From Callorhinchus milii (lineage: Eukaryota): 64,000 nt of DNA. The notes below the pieces were generated by a model. It saw only the letters and a list, made by a program, of their open reading frames with translations. It was not told where the DNA came from and ran no database searches. The stretch spans positions 69,504,001-69,568,000 of the forward strand of contig NW_024704743.1 of the NCBI RefSeq assembly GCF_018977255.1. Direction: 5' to 3'. The position numbers were made by a program, and so were the translations under genes. Positions 1 to 12,174 of the stretch are shown here, piece after piece; position 1 is the stretch's first letter, and the number at the start of each line of letters is the position of its first letter.

Positions 1-48
1 TGAGAGGATCCCTCTGCACCGGAGGCTCCCTGAGGTACGCGAGGCTTT
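1..48 (+). CDS. GALNT15: GALNT15 exon 1, 3' end (…ERIPLHRRLPEVREAL)
   Basis: Frame starting at base 2 gives ERIPLHRRLPEVR, the GALNT stem motif (RxLPxxR). Donor TT|gtaagt at 48/49, phase 2. Confidence 0.88.
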
Positions 49-800
49 GTAAGTACAGGAGCCGCTCCCTCCCTCTCTCCCTCCCTCTCTCCCCCTCCCT
101 CCCTCTCTCCCCCTCCCTCCCTCCCTCCCTCCCTCTCTCCCCCTCCCTCCCCTCTCTCCCTCTCCCCCTCCCTCCCTCCCTCCCTCCTCTCTTCCTCTCT
201 CCCCCTCCCTCTCCCCCTCTCTCCCTCCCTCCCTCTCCTCCTCTCTCCCTCATCGCCCGACGCTCCCGCAGGGGGTGGGGGGGGGGGCGTCTGTCCCACA
301 GCCTCACCGCTGAGGGCACCTTCTGCCACCCACCCCCCACCCCCACCCACGACCCACCCCCCACCACCACCACTACAGTATAATAATAATAATACTCGCA
401 TTTGATACGGCGCCTTATTGCATCCTCGAGACGTCTCAAAGCGCTTCACGGAATATACCGTACAGTGCCATCCGTGCACTGAGGATCCCTCTCTTCCCCC
501 CACATCCCACACACCCCCCCCCCCCCCGCGCGCCCCCGAAAGAAAGACACGCACTATGCGGGTAGACCCCCGCGTGCTGTCTTGTCTCCAGGCAATTCGA
601 CGCTGAACCACTTTTATTTATCCCGCCCGCGAGGGGAAAAGAAGGACACGCGGTTCAGGCAGCTCCTGCTCCGCCAGCGCTTGTGCTCCAAGTTGTACCG
701 GAAATTTAAAGACCTGAGAGAAAAGTAACACTTTATTGGATTGGAAAATGTTGTAACGTTCTGCCGCGTAAGCCGACAATGTCGATCCCGCCACCAAAAT
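49..800. promoter_or_regulatory. 3' part of the CpG-rich region around GALNT15 exon 1
   Basis: CpG-rich sequence continuing from exon 1 into intron 1. Confidence 0.55.
65..251. repeat. Polypyrimidine (CCCT/CT)n low-complexity tract
   Basis: About 185 nt composed almost entirely of C and T. Confidence 0.95.
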
Positions 801-2644
801 CAATATTACATTGGAATGAATGTTCATACGGAACATGAAATGAAGAAACGGAAAGTGCAGTAAAGAGCTCTGTTCTGCTTGAGTTGTAGAGGTGGGGGTT
901 TTGGCGAGCTGGGGGCACATTGATTTATTTCAATTCTAGCTCAGGGAGTTTTTAATATCAATTGCCAAAAAAAATCCAGGTTTGTTGGTCGGTGGATTGT
1001 TTGGGTGTGAGAGAAATGAAGGGCTGAAGGTAGATCAGCTGTGACAACGATGTGCTGAGCGGCCAAATATGTTTTCCACTTTGGGAAGGGGAGGTGCGCG
1101 CGTGTGTGTGTGTGTGAAGGCTACATACACAGTGAGAGCAATTTATATTGATTTACATTGGGGATGGTATATCCGCATCATTTCTACAATAAACAGAAAG
1201 ACTATTCACACCAGTTACATGTCGTCTCATTTTACAATGAATAGATATTGTTTTACATGTCAGTGGTTTTCACTCCAACACTGTCTGTGTTCTGCTCCTT
1301 TAACGTGTGCACTGGCTGCACAAGGCATGTTTATAAATGGTTAATAGTTTGAGTGTCTGGGATTTGGGTAATCCAGATAATAAAGGGCCAATGGCAAGCA
1401 GATGCATTGCGCCGACTGAGCCTTGAGCATTCCAGGCTAAGAGGGTTAATAGCATTCGAAAATTAGATTTATTATAAAGCAACTTGCCAACCAGGAACGA
1501 ATAAGTTAACGGCTGAATGACATAGAACTCTGATAAGAATCGTATCTTGGTTGAAATCCATGGTTTAGAGAGTCTTATTATCGGAGTGGCTTTTTTAAAA
1601 TTTGGTAGAGGGTCATAACGCTGTTAAGTTCTGTTTTCCTGTGGCAAAATTAAGTTGATCCACTCAGCAATCCACAGTAATGTGTCATGCGTCAGTAATG
1701 AGTACAATTTAATTAATGCAGGCAGCACAAGCTTTGGAAGTGCAATTAATTGAGATTAAGCAATTAAGCAATGTACAATTTAGGGATCAGATCACATTGG
1801 CAACACAGAATTGTCCATGATAAGGGTTATGTTTTAAAACACACAACACTGGGCAAATTGGAGTTGGTAGAGTATACAACAAAGGCTGGAATTAAATAAA
1901 AACAAAATCCATTGGAAATGCTTCAGAGTCTGAAGAAGAAATTAATAATAAGAATAATCCTTGCATTTGTTGTCGTGCTTTATCACATCTTCGAGACGTC
2001 TCAAAACGCTTCACAGAATATGCTGTAAATTGAAATGACTGTGTATTTTGTGGGCAAAACATGACAGCCAATTACACACAGAAGTGTCCCACAAACATTC
2101 GTGGATTGAAGTGACCAATTTATTATTTTTTAAAGGTATTATTACCCCCATAAAAGTGACTAACAACTGAGTTCCTACTTACTGCTGGCTAAAGGACTCC
2201 ACACTAATGTTTTAGTTTGAACTATTTATCTGCTCTTTTATAGCACTTTTATTTTTACATTTTTATTTCAACCATTCACATCTTTTTTTATTCAGAGTTC
2301 AGCATTTTAAAGATTTGTTTAAACACTGTCCGCATTTCTGGCAATGTCTAAATTGTAACCCATTGCTAGAAAAAAACGAAGAGTTCAAATGTCTGATATT
2401 AAAGGGTTAACACAGCACATTCCTCATTCTGATAAATCCTTACTTAACACAGATACAACATTTAGAAAATAAAACATCAATTATCTATGACAATGATGAA
2501 AAGGCAATTGAAGATTGTGTAGTTGAGTTCGAACTCTAAGCTCTTCTATTCTTTCATTGATGCTCTCAGATCCACATAGTTCTTAGTAGTATGATTACAG
2601 CTTCACAAAATCTATTAACTCAGTGCTCACGGCACTATGGAGTG

Positions 2645-2986
2645 TAATAATAATAATAATCCTTGCAATTGGTATAGCCTTATCACGTCTTCGAGACGTT
2701 TCAAAGTGCTTCACAGAATGTACTGTAGACAGCCAGTTGCACACAGCAGTGTCCCACAAACAGTCTTGTATTGAGTGATCAAATAATTCTTATTTATTTT
2801 TGAAGGAATTATTATCCCTGGAAAAGCAATCTGCCAATCGACAAACCACTGCATTCCTACTTACTGCTAGGTAAACAGAGGCGTGTGGAGTAAGGAAACT
2901 TTCCTAATGTTTCACCCTGCCAGGAATCAAACCCAGGTTCTCTTGCTTGTGAGGCGAGTGCTCTAACCACTGAACTGTAGAACTCC
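2645..2986 (-). mobile_element. tRNA-derived SINE, older long subfamily (CAC at the anticodon position, extra internal segment)
   Basis: Reverse complement of the SINE head ggagtt..gttcagtggttagagcactcgcctcacaag, internal cctctgtttacctagcagtaagtagg, and (TTA)n tail. Similar copies at ~1950-2200, ~49650-49912 and ~54672-54938 (all -). Confidence 0.85.
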
Positions 2987-3928
2987 ACTAATGCCGTAAT
3001 GTCCACGTTGTCATCACTTTCAGTAACCAGAAATGTTATGACACTAAAGCAGGTTGAAGCTAGCGTATGCATTTTACCAGAGGCCTGACAGGAGTCCTGC
3101 CTATCTGCTTAACACGTTATCTGTAATTATTTCAAAGAATTCACAAGTTAAGTAAAGAAGTGACTTGCAAACTTGTGTCCGTAAGGAATAGAAAGTAAAA
3201 TGTTGTCATTGATTTTGGTATCAACAACGACAACTTGCATTTATCTTGCATTTATACATGTATCATTCAGTCAGCTCCAGAATTATTAAAAAGTAAAGTA
3301 GCATTGAATAACTGCATAACGTAGTACTGATGCTGCAGTGGGAGCAGTAACAGCTGTTGTGACATCAGTAAAGTGGCATGTATCTAAATTAGAGAGCACA
3401 GCCAAAACCCATGGATTGTAAAGACAGAGTCAGGAGAGAAATAACTGTGGGAAGTTATTGAAGAAGAAAACACATAAGAATAATAACAGGAAAAATAAAA
3501 ATAAATGTTAAAGATTATTTTTCATTTAATGACTTTCATTTCAATCGACATCTGTTTGTGGGATACTGCTGTGTGCAAATTGGCTTCTGCATTTTGCTCA
3601 CAATTCATAGCCAATTTACTTTACACTATATTCTGTGATGCGCTTTGAATCGTCTTAAAGACGTGATAACGCCCTATATCAAATGCAAGGATTATTATTA
3701 TTAAACAGAGAAAGGAAGAAAGAGGGGAGTAAAGACAGGCTTATCATATATTTCCCACTGTCCAGTTTTTAATTCTTCTAAAAAACATGCACAACAGGTT
3801 GAACAAAAGGATAATTTGAAACTCTGATAGCATGTGGTTGCAATGTGAGTGCTCAGCCACTCAACTGTTATGTTGAGTCAGTCTGTCATAATTGAGCAGA
3901 GCTATATCTCTCATTACTTTGTGCATAG

Positions 3929-4095
3929 ATGTCTGCAGCAGGAATACAGACAGGATTTGCCAACAGCCAGTGTCATAATTTGTTTCCACAATGAAGCCTG
4001 GTCCACTCTTCTGAGGACAGTGAACAGTGTTATGGACACCGCCCCCAAGAAATTTCTTAAAGAAATCATCTTAGTGGATGACTTGAGTAACCAAG
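3929..4095 (+). CDS. GALNT15: GALNT15 exon 2 ([55 protein letters not shown])
   Basis: GT1 motif [17 protein letters not shown]…EIILVDD. Acceptor catag|, donor G|gtatgt; 167 nt. Confidence 0.97.
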
Positions 4096-4140
4096 GTATG
4101 TCTTTTGGTTTGGAAAATGATAAATAACAGAACATAGATA

Positions 4141-4597
4141 CAGTAAAGCGCACATAAGTCTTGTCTTTATCAATGGTATAATTGCCTAAGTCGTACATTC
4201 ATCTGAGTCCCATTCGGTTTCCTATCAAAACCACTTCGATTTTTTTGTACTACTCGTATTAATATTTACCGGACAGTTGCAATGAAGCATAGTATTGATC
4301 CGTTAACGCATGCACGGAAGAACTTCATTTCCTGCGATTCAATGGGTTTGCCAGTAAGTGCACATTCGGTGACTCATTGAACAGCAGGAAATGTTGACCC
4401 GTCACTGCATGCGCACTTACCAGCTGCAGTGACAAACTACCTCATGCACACTCACTGGTTGCATTGAATTACGCATCACAGTGTAGATTATTAATTAAAT
4501 TTTATACAATTTATAGAGTTTGGCGGCAACTCAGACTTCGTGTAAGTCATATTAAATGTTATGGTCCCGGCTGACACAACTTATGTGAGTTTTACTT
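4141..4597. mobile_element. Tigger/pogo-like MITE
   Basis: TA-flanked imperfect ~25-bp TIRs (cagtaaagcgcacataagtcttgtc / gacacaacttatgtgagttttactt) and an internal palindrome at ~4328-4394. Confidence 0.7.
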
Positions 4598-5893
4598 TAT
4601 AGTATGTGCGTGTGAGGGGGATTTAGAAGGAAGGAATAACACTAAATGAATTGTTTGCCCAATCGATGTACTAGTGTTAACACAATGAAATATTGCACTT
4701 GTACTACAGATTGTGTACATGGATATTGGATACAAACGCATTTTTGGAACAGTGCCTTCATCCACACTGTATTACTATGATCATTTCTGTTGGACATCAA
4801 TCAGTTACCATCTGATTTTTAATTAATATATTGGAAATATGCTGTATTTCACAAATGCACATTGTAGAATTGGATATGTGGAACAGATTCCCACCAAAAG
4901 CAGATAATGCTGCAACCATCACCTCCTTCAGTAAAGAACTGTATACGTATTCATTTAAGTACAACACTGGAGCATGTAGGGATGGATGCCAGACAGCAAT
5001 GAACAAATGCAAGTGACACAATGATTTCTGTGCAATAAGTTCCCCCAAGACACTGCATGTGCAGTGATATCCAACATAGGGCGGGTTTTGCATTGTAGTA
5101 GAAAGAATGGGGTTAGAGGACCAAATATCAGTTTGTACAGGTACCACTCAGTTTGCCCCATTTTATCTCCTGTTGCAGTTTTTTAGGCTGCATTTTGAAG
5201 ATTATAGGTTCAATACTGTCATACTGGCAGTGCTGCATAGTTGGAAGTTCAATGCTTAGTTAAACCAAGATCCTCTCTGCCCATTCAGGGGGATATTAAA
5301 GATCCTATGTCCGTTGTGCCGGCCAACATTTCTCCACTCGCTTCTTGGCTTTTTGTGGGACATTGCTGTGTCGAAATTGGTTGCTGCATTTGCCCTTACC
5401 TGGGAAGCGCTGACATTGTAGGTTCTATATATAATTTAAAGATTATTCTAACACTCATTCTCCAGTGCAGAGAGCAGGTGGCCAGCTATTGGTCTTATTC
5501 CAGGACAGCTCCTCAGACAACTGCTAAGATGCAGTGAGAGCAGATCAGTGTTAACCTCCCTGCCTCCCTCTGGAATGCTACTTCAATATATTGGGCAGTG
5601 AAAAGCTCATGAAATGGTTGTGTACATGGTTGTGAAAAGAAGGTGATTGTTCAAAAAAAAGTGATATGTGATACAATGTAGGTAGTTGCTCCAGGAAATG
5701 TCCCAGTTAGACATCTGGACTGCTGTGAATGAGTCATCTACCTTTATTCAAAGTGTTTTGACCAAAGGTAGATGACTCATTCACAGCAGTCCAGATCCAA
5801 AGTGTTTTGACCAAAGTCTCCTGTTGTAGCCATTGAGCCAGTTGGCAGCAGTTTTAAACCCACTGCTATACAAATCCCAACTTCCTCTTGCAG

Positions 5894-6098
5894 GGCATCT
5901 GAAAGCAGCTCTGAGTGAGTACATTTCCAGGCTGGAAGGTGTCAAGTTGATTCGAAGCAATAAGAGACTGGGAGTGATTAGAGGTCGCATGCTTGGTGCA
6001 GCACGAGCGACAGGAGATGTCCTTGTGTTTATGGACTCACACTGTGAATGCCACAAGGGATGGCTTGAACCACTGTTGGACAGAATAGCCAATGACAG
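5894..6098 (+). CDS. GALNT15: GALNT15 exon 3 ([69 protein letters not shown])
   Basis: Mn-binding DxH motif (DSH, 6034-6042) and WLEPLL. Acceptor ttgcag|, donor AG|gtaagc; 205 nt. Confidence 0.97.
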
Positions 6099-6339
6099 GT
6101 AAGCTCTGAATGTGCATGTGTGGGGAAGGAGTCTTGTTTCTGAATAGCTAATATAATTGATCATTTAGGGCCGAAGATGATTTTTTAAAATAAAATTTGA
6201 TAAAGAAAGTAAAGTGGCACATTGTTATTTATAGCCTCTATTTTTCTGATTTTACAATGAAACATTTCCGCTGTGCAAAATGGGACTGACCCATGTAGCC
6301 TAACATCCTCCCAGGACTAATTGCTGTCAGTGGAACATG

Positions 6340-6890
6340 AGGCATTATTGGAGCTCACAGAATGTCAGAATCGAGCCTACCCTCTGGGGTGGTCTTGGTA
6401 GTCCAGGTCCTGAGCCAGTCTAGGCTGCAGTATTCCAGGACACTGCTGATGACAGCTCAGCCAGACTGGCTCCTCAGCAGGATTTGGAAGCTCAGACCAG
6501 TCACTGGGGGCAGGGATTCTTCCCACTCAGCTCCTGTGAACCCTGTAAGCCAAAGTCCTCACAGAGAGAGTGGTCCTATCTGCACAAGAAGCGGGAAAGC
6601 TTGCCAGACAGCGATATTAATGGCAAGTTATGCAGTTTTAGTTGGTTAGACTCCACATCACCGCAACATACACTCTGGGGTCCCCAAGCCTTGGCTCTTG
6701 TCGCACTGCACCTAATACTCTCTGGAATTAGGTAAGCAGGATGTGTCTTTCAGGGAGAGAGTGCATTCCATTACAAAAATATTTCTGGAATTTCCATGTA
6801 TGGATGCATGGAAATCTGATTTGGATACTCTTTTGGGTGGGTGTCCGTATGTGTTCAGACATCCAGCTGACCAAAAAAATTTGGAACTCA
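6340..6890 (+). repeat. Unclassified ~550-bp interspersed repeat, longest copy (strand defined by the A-tail)
   Basis: Homologous copies at ~28960-29197(+), ~37995-38440(+), ~51888-52256(-), ~52945-53410(-), ~60770-60925(-) and ~61240-61700(+). Several end in ...gacc(A)n. Confidence 0.85.
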
Positions 6891-9800
6891 GCCCTACTTG
6901 CTAAGTAGGGAAACCTTGTTAGTGGTGAGGGAAACACCAACCGAAACTGTCACTCCAATAATGACCTAGTAACTGACTCCTGTCATCAGCAAAGTTACAT
7001 ACATCTGTGATTGCAATCTGAACTGTCATATCCTAAGTGAGAAAGCACCAATACAAAAGAAGTGCTACAAGCAAGCTACAGTACTTTAGAACAAGTGAAG
7101 GAATCTTTTTCACACATCTTTATATAAATACTCATTGAACCGATACATATTCGCCCATATTTATAATTTTTCACAAAGTTGTCATAAGAAATATTTCTTT
7201 ACAGAGGATGGATACAAATCAAAATTCTTTATCATAAATAGCCGTTGAAAGCCAAATTCATAACATTCAAAAGGGAATTGGATGACTAAGTACTTGAGGA
7301 ACAAAAATAAAATGTTTGGAGAAAGATCAGGGGAATGGCATTAGAGTAGACAGCACCAGTGAGTGAGCTAACAATAGCTCAGGAATGATGAGCCAAATGG
7401 TCTTCCTCAATCTTGAAACATGGTAGGATTCAATGATTCGACATAAATTGATATTTGGGATTTTAAAGATGTGCTATAACAAAATTCTACCTGATGAAAT
7501 TACTAATCTCATTAACAGAATATTTAGGATTACTCTGTCTGCTCCTTCTGGTACTTAATTTGCTTTCCAACGAAATAGGTTTAACTGTTGAACATCTGGA
7601 ATGTTTCTGAATAGTGGACTGCCACAGGTACTGCATCCTGCCTATGCACTATCACTCTCCCAAGGTTATAACCTCTACAAGGCTGACTAACTCAAAATAC
7701 CAACAATTTACAATGCACAAGACTCCTTTGTCATGATTCTCACAAAATAACTGGATATTATGAAAGGTATTATCATGGGTATTCAGTCACTACGCTTTAC
7801 GGTATATCCTGTGGAATGTTTTGAGACATCCCCCCAACGTGAAAGGCTCTATATCAAATGTAGGGATTATTAGTATTACAGTATTACATCGACAGACAGA
7901 AATCCCCAAACTATTCAGTGCACTAATCTATTGGTATGGTCGTGTGAGATAAACTGGATATGTGGTGTTGTACTAGATGTTCAACAATGTTCAACTAAGG
8001 TGGAAAGGCCTAATTAATATATATCTTATGAAATATTTGTTTAGACTTTCAAAACCCCAAAGGCCACTTTCATTTCAAATCACATTGACTTGGACTGAAC
8101 ATGATCCTCCCTTTGGGTCTATAGTGAAAACTGATCCAAATCAGTCCTTGGGAGGTACTAAAATGAATAAGATTACCTGACCAACACATGCACTGAATCA
8201 TTCTTTATGGCTTCAGTCCACAGGAGATTCCTGTCAGCTATTTACATTGACAAGATGCAAATTCTGTGCTTTACAGCCTCAGACAATCCTGATAGGAAGG
8301 AAGAGCTGGCATTTTGTTTTAATTCTGAAATGTGATCGGAGTAAATAACTCCACATTGTTTAAATTGGACAGTGGCTGATGCGCTGCAGAATTTCAGCAA
8401 ATGTGCATTTTGCAGCTTGAAGCATAAATGTGGTAAGCAAATAGCACAATAATCTGTTGAAAGCCAAGTCCTTGGGAATACAGCTATAGATGGACAATAA
8501 CAGATGTTTTTCATAGACAGCATGGTTTACGACCGCAGGTGCAGAATTGAATTCCAGCATAGACACAAATCTGCTCTGAGTGCAGTGCCTTGTGAGGACC
8601 AGGGTACCACATGTTTACAGTCATTCAGTGCAACCTGGGGTAGTTACAGTGTGGAGCCAGGATCTTGTGCCATTTACTGGAACATTCAGAACATCAAGCA
8701 ATAACTAAGTTGATACAAATATACAAAACAAATTCTCGTAAAAAAGCTTACATGATTTGTGACTCTACAACAGCAAAATACTCTTGGTTATTGAGACAAT
8801 AAATTAGTTTAATCATACATTACATGAAATGTAACGTTTTCATACATCAACAAATTTACAAGAATAATACTTGTAGCTTTCATCAGTGGTTAGCTTGTTT
8901 TGCCAGTGGAATTATATGTGCTGCAACCAACGTGCTTCCTTGCAGTTAAAAACATTGGATGCCACCTTAACATAGCAAAAGTAAAGCAGGACAACAAGTT
9001 TAAGATGGATTCCACAAAATATTTATACAGAGTTTAATCGACAGCTGGAGGTACAGCTACAGGTACAAACAATTGTAGTTGAGCCTGGACACTGCTCTCA
9101 CTTAAGGAACAGTTTGATGTTGTAATGGAATGACAATAACCTGCAAAGATTTAGTGACTTTTATGTGGGGTAGCATCTTGGAGCACTTCGATTCTTAAGA
9201 GGTCTTCCCCAAATCTGCCGAAAAGCTAGAGTGTGCATCCCCCAAGTACATAAGGGAGGGAAGGAGAAGTGATCAAGGCAAAAACTCCAATGTTAGTATC
9301 CTGGACAAAATCAAATAGAATCATTTTTGCTTGTGATCTTGTAGACTCAAAAGAATTTAAATGCAGATTTCCAATGAAGTTGCTTAATGGCTACCAGCAA
9401 CTCTGCATTTAAGTGCTTTTGAATTTACAAGATCCTTCCAGCAGTTGGATCACCCTCTGTGTAAATATTTCCTGGAGTCAATCTTAAACTTGCCCTTCAC
9501 AAGTACTGCTTTTAATCATGGTGAATTCTTTCATAATAATCCTGTTCCGTGACATACATTACAACTGTACAGTGAGGGCTGATACTGGATTCCCTCACAT
9601 TTCATTTTAAAATCGAAAACACTGTCCTAGTGGCTGGGAAAGAGTAAAAGGTTTTGCTTTCCTTGCTAAACTGAAGAAAACATGGCCATGCTTTGCCATT
9701 TATAAAGCCTATGAGAGTGAAGAAACCATTGTCCAGAAGTTGGGGGAAGGATGTTCATCCCCAAACCTGTTGTTAAACTCTGTTTTAATGCATATTTTAA

Positions 9801-9905
9801 TAGCGGTTTCTGTCAATTGAGTAATAGTTCCTAATTCGCCCTAAGGATTGTTAAGGAATAGAACATGTTTAGCAAGACAAAATCTTACACGTAAACACAT
9901 ATATA

Positions 9906-10012
9906 CAGGGTGACCAAAAAGTTATGATACCATTACAATGTCTAATGGGTATTAAATAAATTATGATTTTTTTAGATGATAGAGTAGATATCATGACTTT
10001 TTGGTCACCCTG
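9906..10012. mobile_element. 107-bp Tc1/mariner-type MITE
   Basis: 24-bp TIRs CAGGGTGACCAAAAAGTYATGATA with one mismatch; TA on both sides (9904-9905, 10013-10014). Confidence 0.9.
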
Positions 10013-10489
10013 TACATGATGAAGATGTAGGTTTAGACTCTGTTTAAAGGATCTCTTTAAAATTTATGCTTCATCTGAAGTTCCAGAGCAATCATTCAAG
10101 ATCCAGAAATACATTCTTCCTCCATCTGGTTTAATTGGAGTTCCAGAATCACTGGCAGCTTTTGCAGACACCTGTTCAATTCACTTAGTTTGTGTGTGTT
10201 ATTACAGATCCTCAAGAGATTTCCGCACATAGGTTACATCTTTACAGTGAGTGTTTTTTTTATCAGACTGACCCCAAGATTTGGACGCAACTTGAAAACA
10301 TATCAGAATTTGATTCAGCAATGAATAATGAAAATATCCCCTTAGTCTCATTAGTGTTTTAGAAATTTGATAATTACATAAGGTATTCACATATTTATTA
10401 GGGGGTCAGCCTGGGTAGGTGAGAAGCATATTCCTTTCTGAGTTAGAAGTTTGTGGGTTCAAGCCCCACTTTGAGCCAACTTTCTGCAG

Positions 10490-11270
10490 CTTAATATGGA
10501 CAAGATGGAAGCCATCCTCCTTGGCTCCCATTCATGTTTCCTCACTTCCAGCTCTGACCTCCTCAATCTCCCAGATATATCTTTCGAAGTCACCAAACCT
10601 AATCACAACCTTGGCATCCGATTCAACTTTCAGCTGTACTTTTCTCACTGCTGCTTTTCTCCACCTCCACTACATCGCACGCCTCCTGCTCTATCTCACC
10701 CCAAAACCCTTGATTTCTCTAATAGACTCATTAATGGTCTCTCCCGTTCCACCATTCACAAGGTCCAAATCTTCACATCCCAAATTCTCACTTGGACCAG
10801 ATCCTGTATCCCAATCCTTGCTAGGATCCACTTGTTACCATCTCTGAAAGGATCGATTTGAATAACCTCGCCCTCCCTTAAAATTCCTTTCATGCCCTAG
10901 CAACTCCCTACCTCTCTGATCTGCTCATATCCCACTCAACTTCCTGCCCCCTTCACTCTGCAGACACAGCCATGTTGCATGTCCCATGATCCTGTGTGCC
11001 ATCATCAGTGGCCGTGCCTTTGGTCATTAGACCCCTAACCTCTGGAACTCCTGGCCTCTAGCCCTCCCCCTCAATCCCCTCTTTATCTATCTGTAAATAC
11101 CTACTTAAGACATAAAGCTTCAACTGCACCTATGGTCACATCCCCCGTCCCCTCTCCCTCGCTTTGTGTTCTACCCCACCATTATGCAGTGCTCAGAGAC
11201 ACTATCCTATGTGAAGGGTACTGTCTAAATGGAATTGGTTTTGTTGTTGCCACACCATCGCACTGCTCAG
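10490..11270 (+). mobile_element. Degenerate L2-clade LINE 3' fragment
   Basis: Pyrimidine-rich remnant with KxEAILLG, FSHLHYIARL and ctctggaactc (LWNS) motifs and a (TTG)n-type tail. Confidence 0.7.
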
Positions 11271-12174
11271 GACATTGAATTGCTTGAAATACTGTCCTTC
11301 CATCCCATCTGCCTGTTCAGGTGAGTGTTTCAAAAAAGAGAAGGGGATTTCTTGGCTAGCAATCCCCAGATTAAAAAAAACCTGATCATTCAATTCAGGG
11401 CAGTTTGTGGGACATTGCTGGGTGCATATTGACTGCTGCCTACAAATACAGTCCAAAAAAAAACTCTGTAAAGTGCTTTGAGATTTTAGAATCATAGAAG
11501 CATAGAAATTAACAGTGAAGAAGGGGGGCAATCAGTCCTTCGAGTTTGTATTTAGTCTTTTCAGCATCAAATCTAAGCAAGGTTTCAAGCTGGTCCAAGC
11601 TGTCACAAGTAAGTAGTTCAGCACCTATGCCTTGAGGTGTAGCTTGTGTATCAGAAGCTCGCTGGCTCAAATCTCAGAGTCTATGCTGAGTTAGCTGGTC
11701 TCAGCCGGGAATGCATGAGAATGGTAATCGCTCCGACCTTCAAGGTGTTTGGGATGTGAAAAGCAGCCACGGGTTTCTCTTCCCTCTACAAAACATTCTA
11801 CTGGTTGTGTGCATGTGAGGCAGCCAAGTGAGGAAAAGTCAGGCTCAACTGTGACATCTTCTACAGTTGAGTGGCCTGTGCACACTCACTGCCAAGGCTC
11901 ACAGATGATGAACAACAGCCATTTAGGCAGGTCACCAAAGGAGAGCCAGCACTCTTGAAACTGTCAGCCAGAAAGAGAAGGCAAGATCAGGAGCAGAGAA
12001 ATTTATCCCAGTGGGGAGTGCAGAGTTGCTTTACAATCCAGGAATGCTTTATCGATTGGAAAATGCTTTTATTGATTTGCAATGGGATTGAGCAATATTC
12101 TGCTTAAATCCAGGGAGGTATTCAGATCCAACACAGGAAAAGACAGGGACATATTATATATTACATATTATATA

